The position numbers and the translations under genes are program-made. From a virus (taxonomy: Duplodnaviria > Caudoviricetes), in the IMG/VR virus record IMGVR_UViG_3300037483_001069, positions 1 to 42,027 of that record: DNA of 42,027 bases; one strand, given 5' to 3'. Under the pieces are notes generated by a model. The model had not been told where the DNA came from. It ran no database searches and saw nothing but the letters and a program-made list of their open reading frames with translations. Shown in pieces: positions 1-8,984 of this stretch. Within the stretch, counting starts at the first letter, position 1. Each line of letters opens with the position of its first letter.

Positions 1-2
1 GC

Positions 3-113
3 TGCTACCAGCGGCTGGAGTTCTTGGTCCGCACGATCATCGACACCGACATCCAGGTCCGCTACCCGGCCGCCGTGCAGTGGATCGAGAACATCAACTG
101 GCCGAACGCCTAA
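3..113 (+). CDS. Major capsid protein, HK97 fold (3' end only; truncated by window edge)
   Basis: Frame reads CYQRLEFLVRTIIDTDIQVRYPAAVQWIENINWPNA*, resembling the F/YQ..(vR)....D..VR.P.A C-terminal pattern of HK97-type capsid proteins; lies directly upstream of head-completion genes. Confidence 0.75.
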   Translation, partial: CYQRLEFLVRTIIDTDIQVRYPAAVQWIENINWPNA

Positions 114-155
114 GCGTCGCCTGACCTCTGACCTCGACGAAAGAAGGAGCAGACC

Positions 156-620
156 ATGCAGAGCCCCACGTACGACCTCGGAGCGGTGATCGTCGAGAAG
201 TCCGGCGGCGTGGCGACCGCCGTCGCGGCCGGCACCGGCGACGCCACCGCCACCACGCCCGTCTACTACAGCCGGGTCGCCCCCCGCTACAATTCGGCGG
301 TCTTCGCCGTGGCCTGGAAGGCGGTGCTGGCCGCGACCAAGACGCTCGGTCTGATCATGCAGATCCTCGGCGCCGACGACGACCAGGGCACCAACGCGGT
401 GGTCCTCTCCGAGCTGGGGGCCGCATCGGTCGTGGTCGCCACCGGCGCCGGCGGCGGCTCGACCGAGGTCGGCATCACGCGGATCAAGGCCAGCCTCGAG
501 ACCGCCAAGCCCTACATCGGGGTGACCTTCACCCCGGACCTGTCGGCCGCCTCGCTGGACACCGCCATTCTCGGCGGCGTCCTGATCCTCGGCTCGCCCG
601 ACGTTCTGCCGGCCGCGTAG
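156..620 (+). CDS. Putative capsid decoration/cement protein
   Basis: Strong RBS (AAGGAG); 154 aa, Ala/Gly/Thr/Val-rich and beta-rich; immediately after capsid gene. Confidence 0.55.
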   Translation: MQSPTYDLGAVIVEKSGGVATAVAAGTGDATATTPVYYSRVAPRYNSAVFAVAWKAVLAATKTLGLIMQILGADDDQGTNAVVLSELGAASVVVATGAGGGSTEVGITRIKASLETAKPYIGVTFTPDLSAASLDTAILGGVLILGSPDVLPAA

Positions 621-651
621 GTAGCGACAGGCTCAAGCGAAGAGACCAGCA

Positions 652-1287
652 ATGAAACCCGCCCGCCAAGCCAAGCCGCCCCGGTGCTGTGTGACCATCA
701 CCAGCACCGCGGTGCTCGGCTACCTCCCCGGCCAGACCGTCGGGTTCGAACCCGACGCCGACGGCATCAAGCGGGCGGCGATCCTGGTCTACGGCCACCA
801 CGCCAGGCCCGCCAACGATCACAGTGCCGAGCTGATGCGGACTGCTCTGGGAAACCTCGCCGGCAGTGCCGTCACGGCCGAGCAGATGGCGGCCATTCGG
901 CAGGGCGCGCCGATCCCGCCGACGCCGGCCGCCACCGCCAACCCGGGCGCCGTGCAGCCGCACGAGCTGGCGAACCGGTTGCCGCTGCCGCCGGCCCGCC
1001 GGGGGGTGGCGCCGCGCCGCGAGCCCGCGCCGCCGCCCCCGCCGGAGGAGCCCTTCGCCGATGACGGGGCCGACGACGACGCCCCGCCGCAGCCGGACGA
1101 GCTGGGCGGAGCGGGCTGGGCGGTGGAGGAGGTCGACGGAGTGACGGCTGTGGCTGGCCGGAAGCTGCGGGCCGTCGGGCTGGGCGAGCTCGACGACCTC
1201 CACAGCGCCACGAAGTCGGCGCTCAAGGGCGCCGGCCTGACGCCGCGACAGGTCGCCGCGGTGCAGGCCTGGCAACGGGACCAATGA
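652..1287 (+). CDS. Hypothetical phage protein with Pro-rich linker and C-terminal helix-hairpin-helix-like domain
   Basis: C-term VEEVDGVTAVAGRKLRAVGLGELDDL..LKGAGLTPRQVAAV resembles HhH nucleic-acid-binding motifs; codon usage matches neighbours. Confidence 0.5.
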   Translation: MKPARQAKPPRCCVTITSTAVLGYLPGQTVGFEPDADGIKRAAILVYGHHARPANDHSAELMRTALGNLAGSAVTAEQMAAIRQGAPIPPTPAATANPGAVQPHELANRLPLPPARRGVAPRREPAPPPPPEEPFADDGADDDAPPQPDELGGAGWAVEEVDGVTAVAGRKLRAVGLGELDDLHSATKSALKGAGLTPRQVAAVQAWQRDQ

Positions 1288-1359
1288 CCTACCGCGGCGG
1301 CGCAGACCGCATGATCGGCGACGGCGACGGGGTGGAGAAGGTAGAGCGAGGAGACCGAC

Positions 1360-2019
1360 TTGACCGAGATTCAACTCATCGAGGCGCCGGCGACGACTGC
1401 GTGGATCACCGCCGCAACGGCTCGCCCGCGTCTGGGGACGGCGGCGGCCGACGACGCCACCCTCCAGCAGATCCTCGACGAGCTGTCCGACCTCGCTGAG
1501 ACCGCCATCATCGGCCGCCCGATTCAACGAGCCAAGTGGCGGGAGAAAATCCCGAGCTACGGCGGCCACTTCCTGCAACTCAGCCGCGGCCCGGTCGAGC
1601 CCGACACCCTGACGCTCGCGCTTGACGACATCGCCGTCGATGTCGACGACTTCACCGTCGAGTCCGCCGCCGCCAAGATCCACAGCGTCAACAACGGCCG
1701 CTTCTTCCTGACGGCCCCGCTGGTCGGCCGGTCCGAGCAGGTCCCCGCCGCCGGGCTGATCGAAGCGCGGTACGAAGCGATCTACTTCGCCGGCTACTAC
1801 TGCGGGTCTGCCAACCCGCCGCCGACAGGCTCCTATCCGCTGCCCCCGCGGCTCCGCGGCGCCTTGATCGAGATGGCGCGCCTCAATCCCTGGGTGAGCG
1901 GGAAGAACCCCGGATGGTCCTCCGTCCGCAAGGCCGACCGGGAGATCCGCTTCGTCGGCGACGTGGCGATGCCGGCGTCGGCGCTGCTGGTGCTGGAGCA
2001 GGAAAGGGACCGGCTGTGA
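1360..2019 (+). CDS. Head-tail connector/adaptor (HK97 gp6 / phiE125 gp8-like)
   Basis: TTG start after GAGGAG; EAPA...A.PRL....DDATLQQIL....AE...GR, L.LSRGPV, Y.AGY and LP..LRGA motifs typical of adaptors; expected position. Confidence 0.8.
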   Translation: MTEIQLIEAPATTAWITAATARPRLGTAAADDATLQQILDELSDLAETAIIGRPIQRAKWREKIPSYGGHFLQLSRGPVEPDTLTLALDDIAVDVDDFTVESAAAKIHSVNNGRFFLTAPLVGRSEQVPAAGLIEARYEAIYFAGYYCGSANPPPTGSYPLPPRLRGALIEMARLNPWVSGKNPGWSSVRKADREIRFVGDVAMPASALLVLEQERDRL

Positions 2020-2606
2020 CCGCCGCGTTTGACACCTTCTTCTCTGCCGCCGATCGCGCCATGCACGAGGCGCTCGGCCCGGTCCAGGCCGTCGCCTACC
2101 GCCACCACGGTCTGCGCGACAACACCCGCCGCTCGACGCCGACCCTGACACTGATGGAGGACGCCGCGGCCGGCGCGACCGAGCTGCTGGTCTCTGGCGT
2201 CGGGCTGGTCGGGCTGCTCCCCGCCGCGTGTGTCCTGTCGCTCGCCGGCAACGACTACGACGTGGCGGCCGATGCTCAAGCGGTCGGCAACGTCCTCACC
2301 GTTACCGTCTCGCAGGCGCTGCTCGCTGACGCGGGGGCCGGGGCCCCTGTCACCGTCGCGGCCGGGACCATCCCGCTCGAGGATGCGCTGGTCTTCTCGC
2401 CGCAGGAGCGGCAGCTCAATCCCGCCATCGCCGACCGCATCGTCTTCGGCATCTCGGTCCTGCGGCTGCCCGGCGTCGAGCTGCGCGGCGGCGACACCGT
2501 CACGCTGCCCGACGGCCGCAGCGGTGACCTGCTGGCGATGGGCAATGAGGATGCCGGCGCCTGGGACTTCTACGTCGGCGCGCCGAGCGTCGGGGTGGTG
2601 ATCTGA
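2016..2606 (+). CDS. Putative head-closure/head-tail joining protein (with an inserted beta domain)
   Basis: GTGA overlap with previous stop suggests true start 2016; position between adaptor and neck gene; C-term LRGGDTVTLPDG resembles head-closure proteins. Confidence 0.5.
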   Translation: MTAAFDTFFSAADRAMHEALGPVQAVAYRHHGLRDNTRRSTPTLTLMEDAAAGATELLVSGVGLVGLLPAACVLSLAGNDYDVAADAQAVGNVLTVTVSQALLADAGAGAPVTVAAGTIPLEDALVFSPQERQLNPAIADRIVFGISVLRLPGVELRGGDTVTLPDGRSGDLLAMGNEDAGAWDFYVGAPSVGVVI

Positions 2607-3166
2607 TGGCGACGCGCTACCGGGTGCTGGCGAAGGACTTGACCGACGAACTGCACCGCATCGTCGATCGCCGTTACGTGCCGCGTCTGGGCTCCAGACT
2701 GGTCGCGCACGTCATCACCGCGCTGGCGGTCGAGAACGTCCGGACCTCGCCGGTCGGTCGACCGCGTGCTGGCGTCGGCGCCGGCGGTGTGAAGCTGCCG
2801 CAGAGCCGCCACCCCGGCAAGCTGCGGGCGTCGTGGCGCACCAGCTCAGGCGCCCCGCGCTACGCCAACCTGGCGGACCGTCCGGTCTACCCGGTGCCGG
2901 GCGCGGATGTCTTCTTGGCCCCGTTCGAGTCGGTGACGGCGCCACGGCGCGCCTGGCTGACCAACGACGCCCACAGCCGCGACACCGGCGGTTCGATCTA
3001 CAGCTGGATCGTGGCCGTCTTGGGCCGCGTCATCAGCAGCCGCGGCAGCTGGATCGGCTCGTTGCAGGCGCCGAAGGGGACAGTGCGGCCGTCGATCACC
3101 GCCACCCTGAGCCAGGGCAGGATCATCGCGGCGCGGGCGGGCGCCGAGACGATGGCGAGGATGTGA
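2606..3166 (+). CDS. HK97 gp10-like neck/tail-completion protein
   Basis: Basic protein with TSPV...G.LRASW and S.QAPKG.VR motifs characteristic of this family; TGATG coupling. Confidence 0.75.
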   Translation: MATRYRVLAKDLTDELHRIVDRRYVPRLGSRLVAHVITALAVENVRTSPVGRPRAGVGAGGVKLPQSRHPGKLRASWRTSSGAPRYANLADRPVYPVPGADVFLAPFESVTAPRRAWLTNDAHSRDTGGSIYSWIVAVLGRVISSRGSWIGSLQAPKGTVRPSITATLSQGRIIAARAGAETMARM

Positions 3167-3180
3167 TGGGGGAGCTGTAA

Positions 3181-3711
3181 ATGGCGTCGACTACTAACGT
3201 TGTGGTGCGCCAGGCCACGATCGAGATCCCATCCTGGCTGGTGGAGTTCATGCCCGGGCGGATCACCGGTCGACGCCTGATAATGCTCTACTTCTCTGTC
3301 GCCATGGGCATCGTCGCCATCCCCAGCGTGATATGGCTCACCGGCCTCGAGGCCGTGGTGGCCGTGCTGGTCGCCTTCGCGGGCGGCGCCTCGACCACCG
3401 AACTGGTCAAGCGCTGGCTCGATCGTCGCGAGCGTCGGGTGCACTCCAGCGAGACGGTGGAAGTCCGCCTCATGGACGAGGGCGCCGCCATGCGCGCCCA
3501 GCTACTCACGGAGGCCAGGCTCTCCAGAGACCGCGAGACCGAGGCCGTCGAGCGCGCCCATCAGGCCGAGGTCTCCATCCGCGACGATCGACTCAAGTAC
3601 CTGCAGGCCCGGCTCGCCGCCTACGAGGCCACCGTGGCCGAGCTGAGACGGAGCGCGGGGGAGACCGCCCGTGACCCCTATATCGAAGACGACCACGGCC
3701 CGTACCGGTAG
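3181..3711 (+). CDS. Membrane protein, about 2 TM helices plus C-terminal coiled coil (holin-like or membrane anchor)
   Basis: Hydrophobic stretches LIMLYFSVAMGIVAIPSVIWL and LEAVVAVLVAFAGGA followed by charged heptad-like region; RBS GGGGAG. Confidence 0.55.
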   Translation: MASTTNVVVRQATIEIPSWLVEFMPGRITGRRLIMLYFSVAMGIVAIPSVIWLTGLEAVVAVLVAFAGGASTTELVKRWLDRRERRVHSSETVEVRLMDEGAAMRAQLLTEARLSRDRETEAVERAHQAEVSIRDDRLKYLQARLAAYEATVAELRRSAGETARDPYIEDDHGPYR

Positions 3712-3716
3712 CATCG

Positions 3717-6371
3717 ATGTCACGAACTTGGCAATTCGCATGGGGGATGGTGGTGGTGCTAGCAGCGGCGCCGACCGCCGCTCAGATCTCCGGCATCAGC
3801 CCGAACGCCTTCGGCTCGAAGGTCTGGCGGGAGTCGGTGGCGACAGTGGCTGCCCTGCCCGCCTGCACCAGCGGCGGCGTCGAACAGCAGCGCATCCGCA
3901 CCGTGAGGCCACCCGACGTCGACGCGGGGATCTACTACTGCCCGACCGGCGGCGGGGCATGGGTTGCGCTTGGCGGAGGTGGTGGCGGCGGCTCCACCAC
4001 CCTCGCCGGCCTCACCGACGTCGACGTCACGGGCGCCGCCCTCGGTGAGCCATTGGTGAGCGACGGCGCCGGCAACTGGGGTCCGGCCGCCGCTCCCGCC
4101 ATCCTCGAGGGTGACCCGCCGACTTCGCATGCCGAGTCGCACAAGGTCGGCGGTGACGATCCGCTGCTGGTCGAGGAGCTGGCCACCACCTGCAACACCG
4201 GAGATCTGTTCGAGGGCGCCAGCGGCCTGGTCGAATGCCTCCCCGGCCCGACGGTGACGCCGTCGGCCGGAGCGATCCCCAAGGCCGGCGTCGGTGGCAC
4301 GCTGGATGACGGCTGGCTGAGCCCCGGCATCGCTCGCGACTCCGAGGTTCCGAGCCTGGAGACCGATCCGGGTATCCCGCTGCTCAACCTCGCCAGTTAC
4401 GGGGACATCTGCGCGGCCGGTGAGTCCGCTCGTCGCGACGGCAGCGACGTCGCCAACGAGTGTTTCACCGCGAGCGTCGGCGCCCACTTCGCTCCGTCTA
4501 CGATCGCCACCGATTACGGCGTGACGGACTTTCATGCGCTCGGCGGCACGGATGCGGACACCGCTGTCGGGAAGACCTTCAGCGGGGATGCCACCGTGCT
4601 TGCGACCGCCAGCACTTCGCCCTCCGGGGAGTGTGCACAGTGGGATAGCAGCGGAAACCTGGTAGGCGCTGGCGGCGCGTGCGGTACGGGCGGCGGCGAG
4701 GCGAACACGGCCAGCAACCTCGGTGGTGGGTTGGCGAATTTCGATTCCAAGAACATCGTGGATCTTCGCTTCAATACGTTCGAGCCCGCCGACTTCGACC
4801 TCGCCTCGAACCTGCTGTCGGTCGACGGAACGAAGTGGGCGACCCGCGCTGCCGTGCCCTCCCTCGAGACCGACCCGGGCGTCCCGTTGCTCGCCCTCTC
4901 AGACCTCGGCGATCTCTGCGCTGGCAGCGAGAGCGCCCGCCGGAATGCCGGTGACACCGCCAACGAGTGCTACACCCCAAGCGCGGGAGGTGGCGCCTTC
5001 TCGGATTCCGGCGATCCCATCGTCGCCAACACGACGACGAAGGATCTTCAGCTCGGCGACGGAGCGGCCGTGGTGACCGGCAAGGTGGAGATCGGCGGGG
5101 ACGCCGACCAACCGCAGCTTGTGGTCGAGGGCTTCACTACTCAAACCGGCCCGCTCTTCCTCGTGCAGACGCACGCCGCCGGCGCCTCGCTCTTCGAGGT
5201 CGCCAACGACGGAGCGGTCACCTTCGGGGGTTCGACCAGCGTGATCCAGGGCAACGGCACCGACGATCTCGCCATCGACGCTGCCGGCCAGGCGATCACG
5301 CTGGGAGACGGCGGGACGAATGGCGTCCAGGTGACGGACGCCGGGGCGATGACGGCGATCGGAGCGGGCTCGATCACCGCCACCGCCGTGGCTCCCGACG
5401 CGATCCTGTCCTCGAGCATGGGCGACTCGGATCACGGCGACGTGAGCTGGACGGCCAACGTCGCCGCGGTCGAGAACGTCCAGTGCACGGCCTGCGTCGG
5501 CGCGGGCGAGGTGGATGACGGGGCGGCCGCCTCAACCTTCGCCCTGTTCTCCGGAGGGGCTGGGGCGGCGAGCTTCCGCGCCATCGCGGACGGCGACGTG
5601 CCAGACACCATCACGGTCGATCTCGCGACCACAGCGACGACCGCCACAACGGCGAACGCCGGAGACTCCGCCACTGCCTTTTTCGCGGCCGGGCAGATCG
5701 AGCCGGCTCGCGGCGGAACCGGAATCGACAGCAGCGGATCGACCGGCGTGCTCCGGGTCGCGGCCGGGACCTGGTCCGCCAACGCCGGGGTTTCGCACCT
5801 CGCCAGCTCGACCTCCGCGGACCTCGCCGGCGTGCTCTCGGACGAGACCGGTACCGGTGTCGCCGTCTTCGCCGCCGACCCGGCGCTCACCGGGAACCCG
5901 ACCGTGCCCACGGCCAGCGCGAACGACGACGACACGTCCGCTGCGAGCACTGCCTACGTACAGGGCGAGATCAACGGCTCTGGGGGTCGGTCGCTGACCT
6001 GCGCGAGCGGGAACTGCGATGCCGACGTGGAGCTGTACCGAGATACGAAAATTATCAACATCGACCCAACTGCGACTACTACGGACTGGTTTTTCTTCCG
6101 GACCGAGTCGGCAATCACCATCACCGGCATCGACTGCATCGTAGACGCCGCGACCTCGGTAGTCCTCACGCTCCGGGAGTGCGACGCGAACGGTGGTAGT
6201 TGTGCTGCGACGGAGGCCGCGATAACCTGCGCGACCACGAATACCACGGAGGCTGCGGGCATCGACGATGCCGTTGTCGCGGCCGGGGTGTGGATGCGGG
6301 TCCTCCGCGGTACGGTCACCGGCTCGCCGACGCAGGCAGTGTTCTCCGTCATTTTCGAGGTGGCCGACTGA
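3717..6371 (+). CDS. Tail-fibre-like protein with N-terminal Sec-type signal peptide, Cys-rich
   Basis: N-term MSRTWQFAWGMVVVLAAAPTAA|Q; fibre motifs GSTTLAGLTDV, SHAESHKVGGDD, GEANTASNLG, RGGTG, SDETGTG..VFA..P.LTGNPTVPTA...ASTAYV; 18 Cys mostly in local pairs. Confidence 0.7.
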   Translation: MSRTWQFAWGMVVVLAAAPTAAQISGISPNAFGSKVWRESVATVAALPACTSGGVEQQRIRTVRPPDVDAGIYYCPTGGGAWVALGGGGGGGSTTLAGLTDVDVTGAALGEPLVSDGAGNWGPAAAPAILEGDPPTSHAESHKVGGDDPLLVEELATTCNTGDLFEGASGLVECLPGPTVTPSAGAIPKAGVGGTLDDGWLSPGIARDSEVPSLETDPGIPLLNLASYGDICAAGESARRDGSDVANECFTASVGAHFAPSTIATDYGVTDFHALGGTDADTAVGKTFSGDATVLATASTSPSGECAQWDSSGNLVGAGGACGTGGGEANTASNLGGGLANFDSKNIVDLRFNTFEPADFDLASNLLSVDGTKWATRAAVPSLETDPGVPLLALSDLGDLCAGSESARRNAGDTANECYTPSAGGGAFSDSGDPIVANTTTKDLQLGDGAAVVTGKVEIGGDADQPQLVVEGFTTQTGPLFLVQTHAAGASLFEVANDGAVTFGGSTSVIQGNGTDDLAIDAAGQAITLGDGGTNGVQVTDAGAMTAIGAGSITATAVAPDAILSSSMGDSDHGDVSWTANVAAVENVQCTACVGAGEVDDGAAASTFALFSGGAGAASFRAIADGDVPDTITVDLATTATTATTANAGDSATAFFAAGQIEPARGGTGIDSSGSTGVLRVAAGTWSANAGVSHLASSTSADLAGVLSDETGTGVAVFAADPALTGNPTVPTASANDDDTSAASTAYVQGEINGSGGRSLTCASGNCDADVELYRDTKIINIDPTATTTDWFFFRTESAITITGIDCIVDAATSVVLTLRECDANGGSCAATEAAITCATTNTTEAAGIDDAVVAAGVWMRVLRGTVTGSPTQAVFSVIFEVAD
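4347..4976 (+). repeat. Internal duplication (about 41 aa) within the 884-aa protein
   Basis: VPSLETDPGIPLLNLASYGDICAAGESARRDGSDVANECFT (about 4347-4469) vs VPSLETDPGVPLLALSDLGDLCAGSESARRNAGDTANECYT (about 4854-4976). Confidence 0.9.
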
Positions 6372-7228
6372 TGTTCACGCGCAGAGACCTGCTCAAGGCC
6401 CTGCCTCTCAGCTTGGCGTTGCCGGCTGGCGCGCAGACGCTCCTCCGTGGCGTCTCGGTGCGGGGCACGAGGATCGGCCCACCATTCGACCCCCTGCTCA
6501 TCCCCGGCGTCACGGCCGTCTCCTACGTGGATATCGCCGACCTGGGGGCCGGCCTGGTAGCTACGTGGCCCAATCGTGGAACGCTAGGGGTAGATTTCAC
6601 GGCGTTCGCGGGGGCTGAACCTACCGTGGCGACGGCTTTTGATGGGCTTCCCGCCGTGACCTGGGATGCTGCTACCGACTGGATGAGATGCTTGGTGGAT
6701 GAGAGTCTTCTCAGGTTCCTCTACAACACTTCCTGGACCGCATCGTGGTCTATCGTCGCCGAGACCATTCCCGCCGGAGCGCTCTACTCTTGGGCCTCTG
6801 GAGGCAACACTCCCTCGCATGCCGGCCCGGCCTGCTTCCTGGGGGGCAGCTCACAGGGAGGGACATTCTCGCATCGTCACGTCTTTTTTCTGGCCAACGG
6901 CACAACCACCGCGACACTCTGCAATCCGCAGCTCACTACCCCGATTGCCCACGTCTTCCGGCTGGACTTCGATCCTGTCGGCACCCCTAAGGGAAGTGTC
7001 TACGTGGATGGGACTTTGATCCAGACTTACACCGGGGCCTTCACCCCAGCGGACGTGGCTGGACAGAACCTCGGCCTGTGGTTTGGACGGTACTATGCAG
7101 GGCCATCTGGCTACGGGATCGGTCCCTGCCGACACCACCTTCTACTCACTCCCAAGGTTTCAGCCTCAGTTGGGATTCAGCTTGACAACTGGGCTAAGTC
7201 TAGGTTCCTGGAGCCGGTGACCGTATGA
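6371..7228 (+). CDS. Tat-signal protein with probable LamG/concanavalin-A-like lectin domain
   Basis: Start at TGATG overlap gives MFTRRDLLKALPLSLALPAGA|Q (twin-arginine consensus); W.N.G...F...P......G.PAV.W and VYVDG..L.FG patterns resemble LamG-like domains. Confidence 0.65.
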   Translation: MFTRRDLLKALPLSLALPAGAQTLLRGVSVRGTRIGPPFDPLLIPGVTAVSYVDIADLGAGLVATWPNRGTLGVDFTAFAGAEPTVATAFDGLPAVTWDAATDWMRCLVDESLLRFLYNTSWTASWSIVAETIPAGALYSWASGGNTPSHAGPACFLGGSSQGGTFSHRHVFFLANGTTTATLCNPQLTTPIAHVFRLDFDPVGTPKGSVYVDGTLIQTYTGAFTPADVAGQNLGLWFGRYYAGPSGYGIGPCRHHLLLTPKVSASVGIQLDNWAKSRFLEPVTV

Positions 7229-8268
7229 GCATCAAGATCGGGACGCTCTACACGGTGCTCGACGGGGCGTTGCTCGGGCTCTACGACTACCCGAGCTTCC
7301 CACAGCTCGTGAGGGACGATGAGAACAGCCTCTTCTACCTCTTCTATGATCACCGCCAGAACCATTCTGCGACGGACTCTCCTTCAGCCGTTCGTCTCCT
7401 GAAGCGCGCCACCTCCGCAGCGGTCGGAAGCCCGTGGTCCGATCCTATCGAGATCGTCGCCGAAGACGGAGCTCCGCTCCGGGCCTTTCTCGGAGCTTCC
7501 CTGTTGGCTGCCAACGGGGATCTTCTTGTCGTCACCGGCGCTATTGATGTTGGCCCTCCATACGCGGCGGTATACACGCTTCGGAAGTCCACTGACCAGG
7601 GCGAGTCCTGGTCAACCGTCTCAACGGTTTTGGCACGGTTCACTGATCCATCACACACAACATGCCTTTTCGAGTTTGGTGGGAATCTATACTCTGCGCA
7701 GTACGCTTCAATATCACCGAATTATCAGTCCGGTCTTGTGGTCTCCGCGGACGGCGGGGTCAATTGGGCTGTATCGGATATGATCTGGAACGGCGGCACG
7801 GATTCCACTTTGCCAGAAGAACCAGTTGCCATTGTTCTTAGCGACGGATCACTGCTGGTGCTGACCCGTGATGATTCAACCCCGGCCTTTGCCGGCGAGA
7901 CCATCAGGGCTCAGCGCGTGACTGCTATTGGCGGTACGTGGCCCGTCCCCGGCTGGGTGACTCGCGGGTTGGCTCGTCCCGGCATGTGTCAGCTCTCTAA
8001 CGGAGCTATCTTGGTGGTGACCCGCAACGCTGTCACCCAGATGATGTATGGTACAACTGTCGAGCCGATGGTCTTCGCGATGAGACTCACCGCCACTGGC
8101 AAGGTGGTCCACTTCGGGAAGCCGGCATTCTTCGGACTTGCCGGTCGCGGGCAAGAGTATGGTGATGCCAAACCATACTCTGCCAACCAAGCCCTTGTTG
8201 TGTGGGCCGACGAGTCTGGCCCTGGCGGTACGTGTATGATCCGGGAGTGCTTGGTGAGGGTGAGCTGA
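7225..8268 (+). CDS. Sialidase-like/BNR (Asp-box) beta-propeller protein
   Basis: Asp-boxes KSTDQGESW and VSADGGVNW, WSDP, EP....LSDGSLLVLTR, RP....LSNG; no signal peptide. Confidence 0.75.
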   Translation: MSIKIGTLYTVLDGALLGLYDYPSFPQLVRDDENSLFYLFYDHRQNHSATDSPSAVRLLKRATSAAVGSPWSDPIEIVAEDGAPLRAFLGASLLAANGDLLVVTGAIDVGPPYAAVYTLRKSTDQGESWSTVSTVLARFTDPSHTTCLFEFGGNLYSAQYASISPNYQSGLVVSADGGVNWAVSDMIWNGGTDSTLPEEPVAIVLSDGSLLVLTRDDSTPAFAGETIRAQRVTAIGGTWPVPGWVTRGLARPGMCQLSNGAILVVTRNAVTQMMYGTTVEPMVFAMRLTATGKVVHFGKPAFFGLAGRGQEYGDAKPYSANQALVVWADESGPGGTCMIRECLVRVS

Positions 8269-8984
8269 TGACGGCGAGAGCCCTAATCCTTCTCCTCCTC
8301 CTTGCCGCGACTCCTCTTGGCGCGGCCACCCGCCTGTACTTCCCGGCTACGACCGCCGCCGGCGTGTCGCCCGCGGCGGATTCCGGATGGGAGGATGCGA
8401 CAGAGATCGAGCGCCGGGAGTTGGCGCACGTCAAGAATTCCAGCTCCATCACCATCGGGCAGGTGGTGGACATTATTGTGGACAGCGGAGATCAGGATCT
8501 CGACCGGCAGTACGTGTCGAACCCGATGAACGCCGGGATCGTCTTTACCACGGCGGTGACGACCGTAAGACTGGTCGTCATGACTCGCGAGTACGCCGCT
8601 ACCGATGATGTGACCATGTGCATCATCGGAATCCGAGTCGCGAACGAGGCGGGCACCCCACAGGCCACCCTTCTCGCCACGGCGAACTACGGGCCGGTGG
8701 CCGAGTTCGTCAACAACGTGACGCACCGGAACAAGCAGTGCGCCGATGGCGATACGGTCACGAGCACGTATACCACGGCGGCCGGCGACCGCCTCGTTGT
8801 TGAGATCAGCTACCAGACCGATGGCGCCGATACCTCGCCCCAGGCTTCGGCGAAGTGGGGCGAGAACGCGACCGACTGCGCCGAGAATGAGAGCAATACC
8901 GCGAACTGCGCCGGGTGGATTGAGTTCTCCAACACGATCACGTTTCAGGCGGCGGCCAGTCGCCGCGTAATGGTGATCCAGTGA
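8268..8984 (+). CDS. Signal-peptide-bearing beta-rich protein
   Basis: Start at TGATG overlap: MTARALILLLLLAATPLGA|ATRLYF; 4 Cys; AGDRLVVEI motif seen in phage structural beta-sandwich domains. Confidence 0.65.
   Translation: MTARALILLLLLAATPLGAATRLYFPATTAAGVSPAADSGWEDATEIERRELAHVKNSSSITIGQVVDIIVDSGDQDLDRQYVSNPMNAGIVFTTAVTTVRLVVMTREYAATDDVTMCIIGIRVANEAGTPQATLLATANYGPVAEFVNNVTHRNKQCADGDTVTSTYTTAAGDRLVVEISYQTDGADTSPQASAKWGENATDCAENESNTANCAGWIEFSNTITFQAAASRRVMVIQ

Noticed and set aside
1284-1499. 71-aa ORF MTYRGGADRM...
   Set aside because: Mostly overlaps the adaptor gene in another frame; support limited to an ATGA overlap
529-2151. 540-aa minus-strand ORF and many other long antisense or alternate-frame ORFs (e.g. 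8945-10165, 25105-26316, 27785-29110, most of 30157-32457)
   Set aside because: Arg/Pro/Gly-rich shadow ORFs expected at high GC; they overlap genes with clear motifs, RBSs and coupling
6200-6370. Longer ORF-track starts (6200, 8202, 1914, 37182, 40114, 29810, 30289)
   Set aside because: They overlap upstream genes; downstream starts at stop/start overlaps give coherent N-termini such as signal peptides
3717-8984. Diversity-generating retroelement targeting the fibre or lectin genes
   Set aside because: No reverse transcriptase and no template/variable repeat pair differing only at adenines was seen; the internal duplication differs at all base types
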